A stretch of DNA of 63,981 nt, counting the filler, from Conidiobolus incongruus B7586 (taxonomy: Eukaryota): assembly GCA_000697335.1 (NCBI GenBank). It is 13 parts of 13 records of this genome, joined end to end, with 100 filler letters (N's around TTAATTAATTAA, not from the genome) between each part and the next. Parts side by side here need not be neighbours in the genome. Positions count along the whole stretch, not along the records: positions 62,537 to 63,981 come from JNEM01006295.1; 12 more parts are not named here. One strand, 5' to 3'. The position numbers and the translations under genes are program-made. Within the stretch, counting starts at the first letter, position 1. Each line of letters starts with the position of its first letter. Shown piece after piece: positions 62,778 through 63,981 of the stretch. Below the pieces are notes generated by a model. The model was not told where the DNA came from and did no database searches. It saw only the letters and a list, made by a program, of their open reading frames with translations.

Positions 62778-63981
62778 TATATCTTTTTTTTCTTTTGTTA
62801 TATTATATATATTATAAAACTATTAAGCTAATATTTTAAAATTAATATTATAATGTTTAAATCTCTCTCTAAAAAAGTTCATTTATATATTATTTAGCTT
62901 TATAATAAAAATAAATTAATTTGTGAGATTGCTAGAATTACTAGTATTAATTAATCTACTATAGTTAGGGTTATTAAGAATGATATTAAAAAACACCTAA
63001 ATTAAAACTTATGTATATAAAGATTATAGATAAATATGATAAAAAGTATATTTATAAATTAGTTAGTATAGGTAAGTATAATATTACTATAGAAGTACAA
63101 TAAGAATTATAAGACTATTCAAGAATATTAGTTAGAATTAATACTATTATATATATTTTATATTAGAATAAATATCATTTATATTTTAAGAAAAAACACC
63201 CCCCAACTAAAAAAATCCAATTACAATATTAAATAGCAATTTAAATATTAATATTAAAGTTAAACTAAAATTAACTAGAATAAAGTTATTTAATTTGATA
63301 AAACAAAGATATATTTTAATAAATTTATTAAAAAAGTTAGATGTTTCAAAAAAGATAAAAAAACTACTTTATAACTATTATATTATTATAACCTAAAAAT
63401 ACAATAATAGGTTAATTATAGTTTAAGGATATATATTATCTTTAAATATAAGGTATCTTTATAAAGTTAATAGGGGAATTAATATTAAGATATATTCAAG
63501 TATTTTAAATAATAAATTGAAAAAAAATATTAAATGATATAGGTTAAATAAATTAAATATTATTTTTTAATAAAATAATACCCCTTGTTATATTATAAAT
63601 TCTATTATTAAATAGCTTAAAAATAACAAAATAATTATAATGAAATAACCTCCTTAATCTTTTAATCTTAACCCAATTGAATATCTTTAGAATTAATTAA
63701 AAAAATCAATTAAAGCTTTCCCTCTAGTAAAATATTTAAATTAACTTTGGGAGTATATTTAAGAAGCTTAGAATAATATTAGTTTTATCTAATATAAGAA
63801 GCTAGTTAACTCTATACCCTATAAACTTAAAAAAATTACAAAAGCAAATAATAAATATACTAGATATTAATTTTTCTATCAATACTAAAACTCACAAATT
63901 TATAACTTATATTAGATATACTTTTAGTTTTAATATATCAATTAATAATTAATTAAATTTAACTTTATATATTATATTATA
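62778..63981 (+). mobile_element. Tc1 DD34E copy, decayed, running to the window end
   Basis: Collinear with 59465-60665. Confidence 0.88.

Overview
AT-rich, intron-dense eukaryotic DNA, most likely from an early-diverging fungus (inferred from short GT-AG introns, single-chain fatty acid synthase and a KAT14/CSRP2BP-type gene). Twelve ~100-nt assembly gaps carry a TTAATTAATTAA linker. Bases 1-40 kb are a housekeeping region: cytochrome P450, GDA1, GTR2, a KAT14-like PHD/winged-helix gene, an ING PHD gene, XRCC3/RAD57, tRNA-Thr, a class 3 lipase, ERV14, CIA1, mitochondrial-type ValRS and LAT1, plus GOS1 and TenA pseudogenes. Bases 41-64 kb are a nested transposon graveyard (Tc1 DD34E, mariner DD34D, a chromodomain Ty3/Gypsy element) surrounding an isolated, intact FAS contig. 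The three strongest signals are: (i) graded C:G->T:A hypermutation of repeats that looks like RIP, (ii) a strand-oriented TCCCATAA motif roughly 80-130 nt upstream of many housekeeping genes, and (iii) a duplicated hairpin motif plus an in-frame cassette exon in the unusually long first intron of LAT1. All family calls come from manual translation and motif recognition, not database searches.
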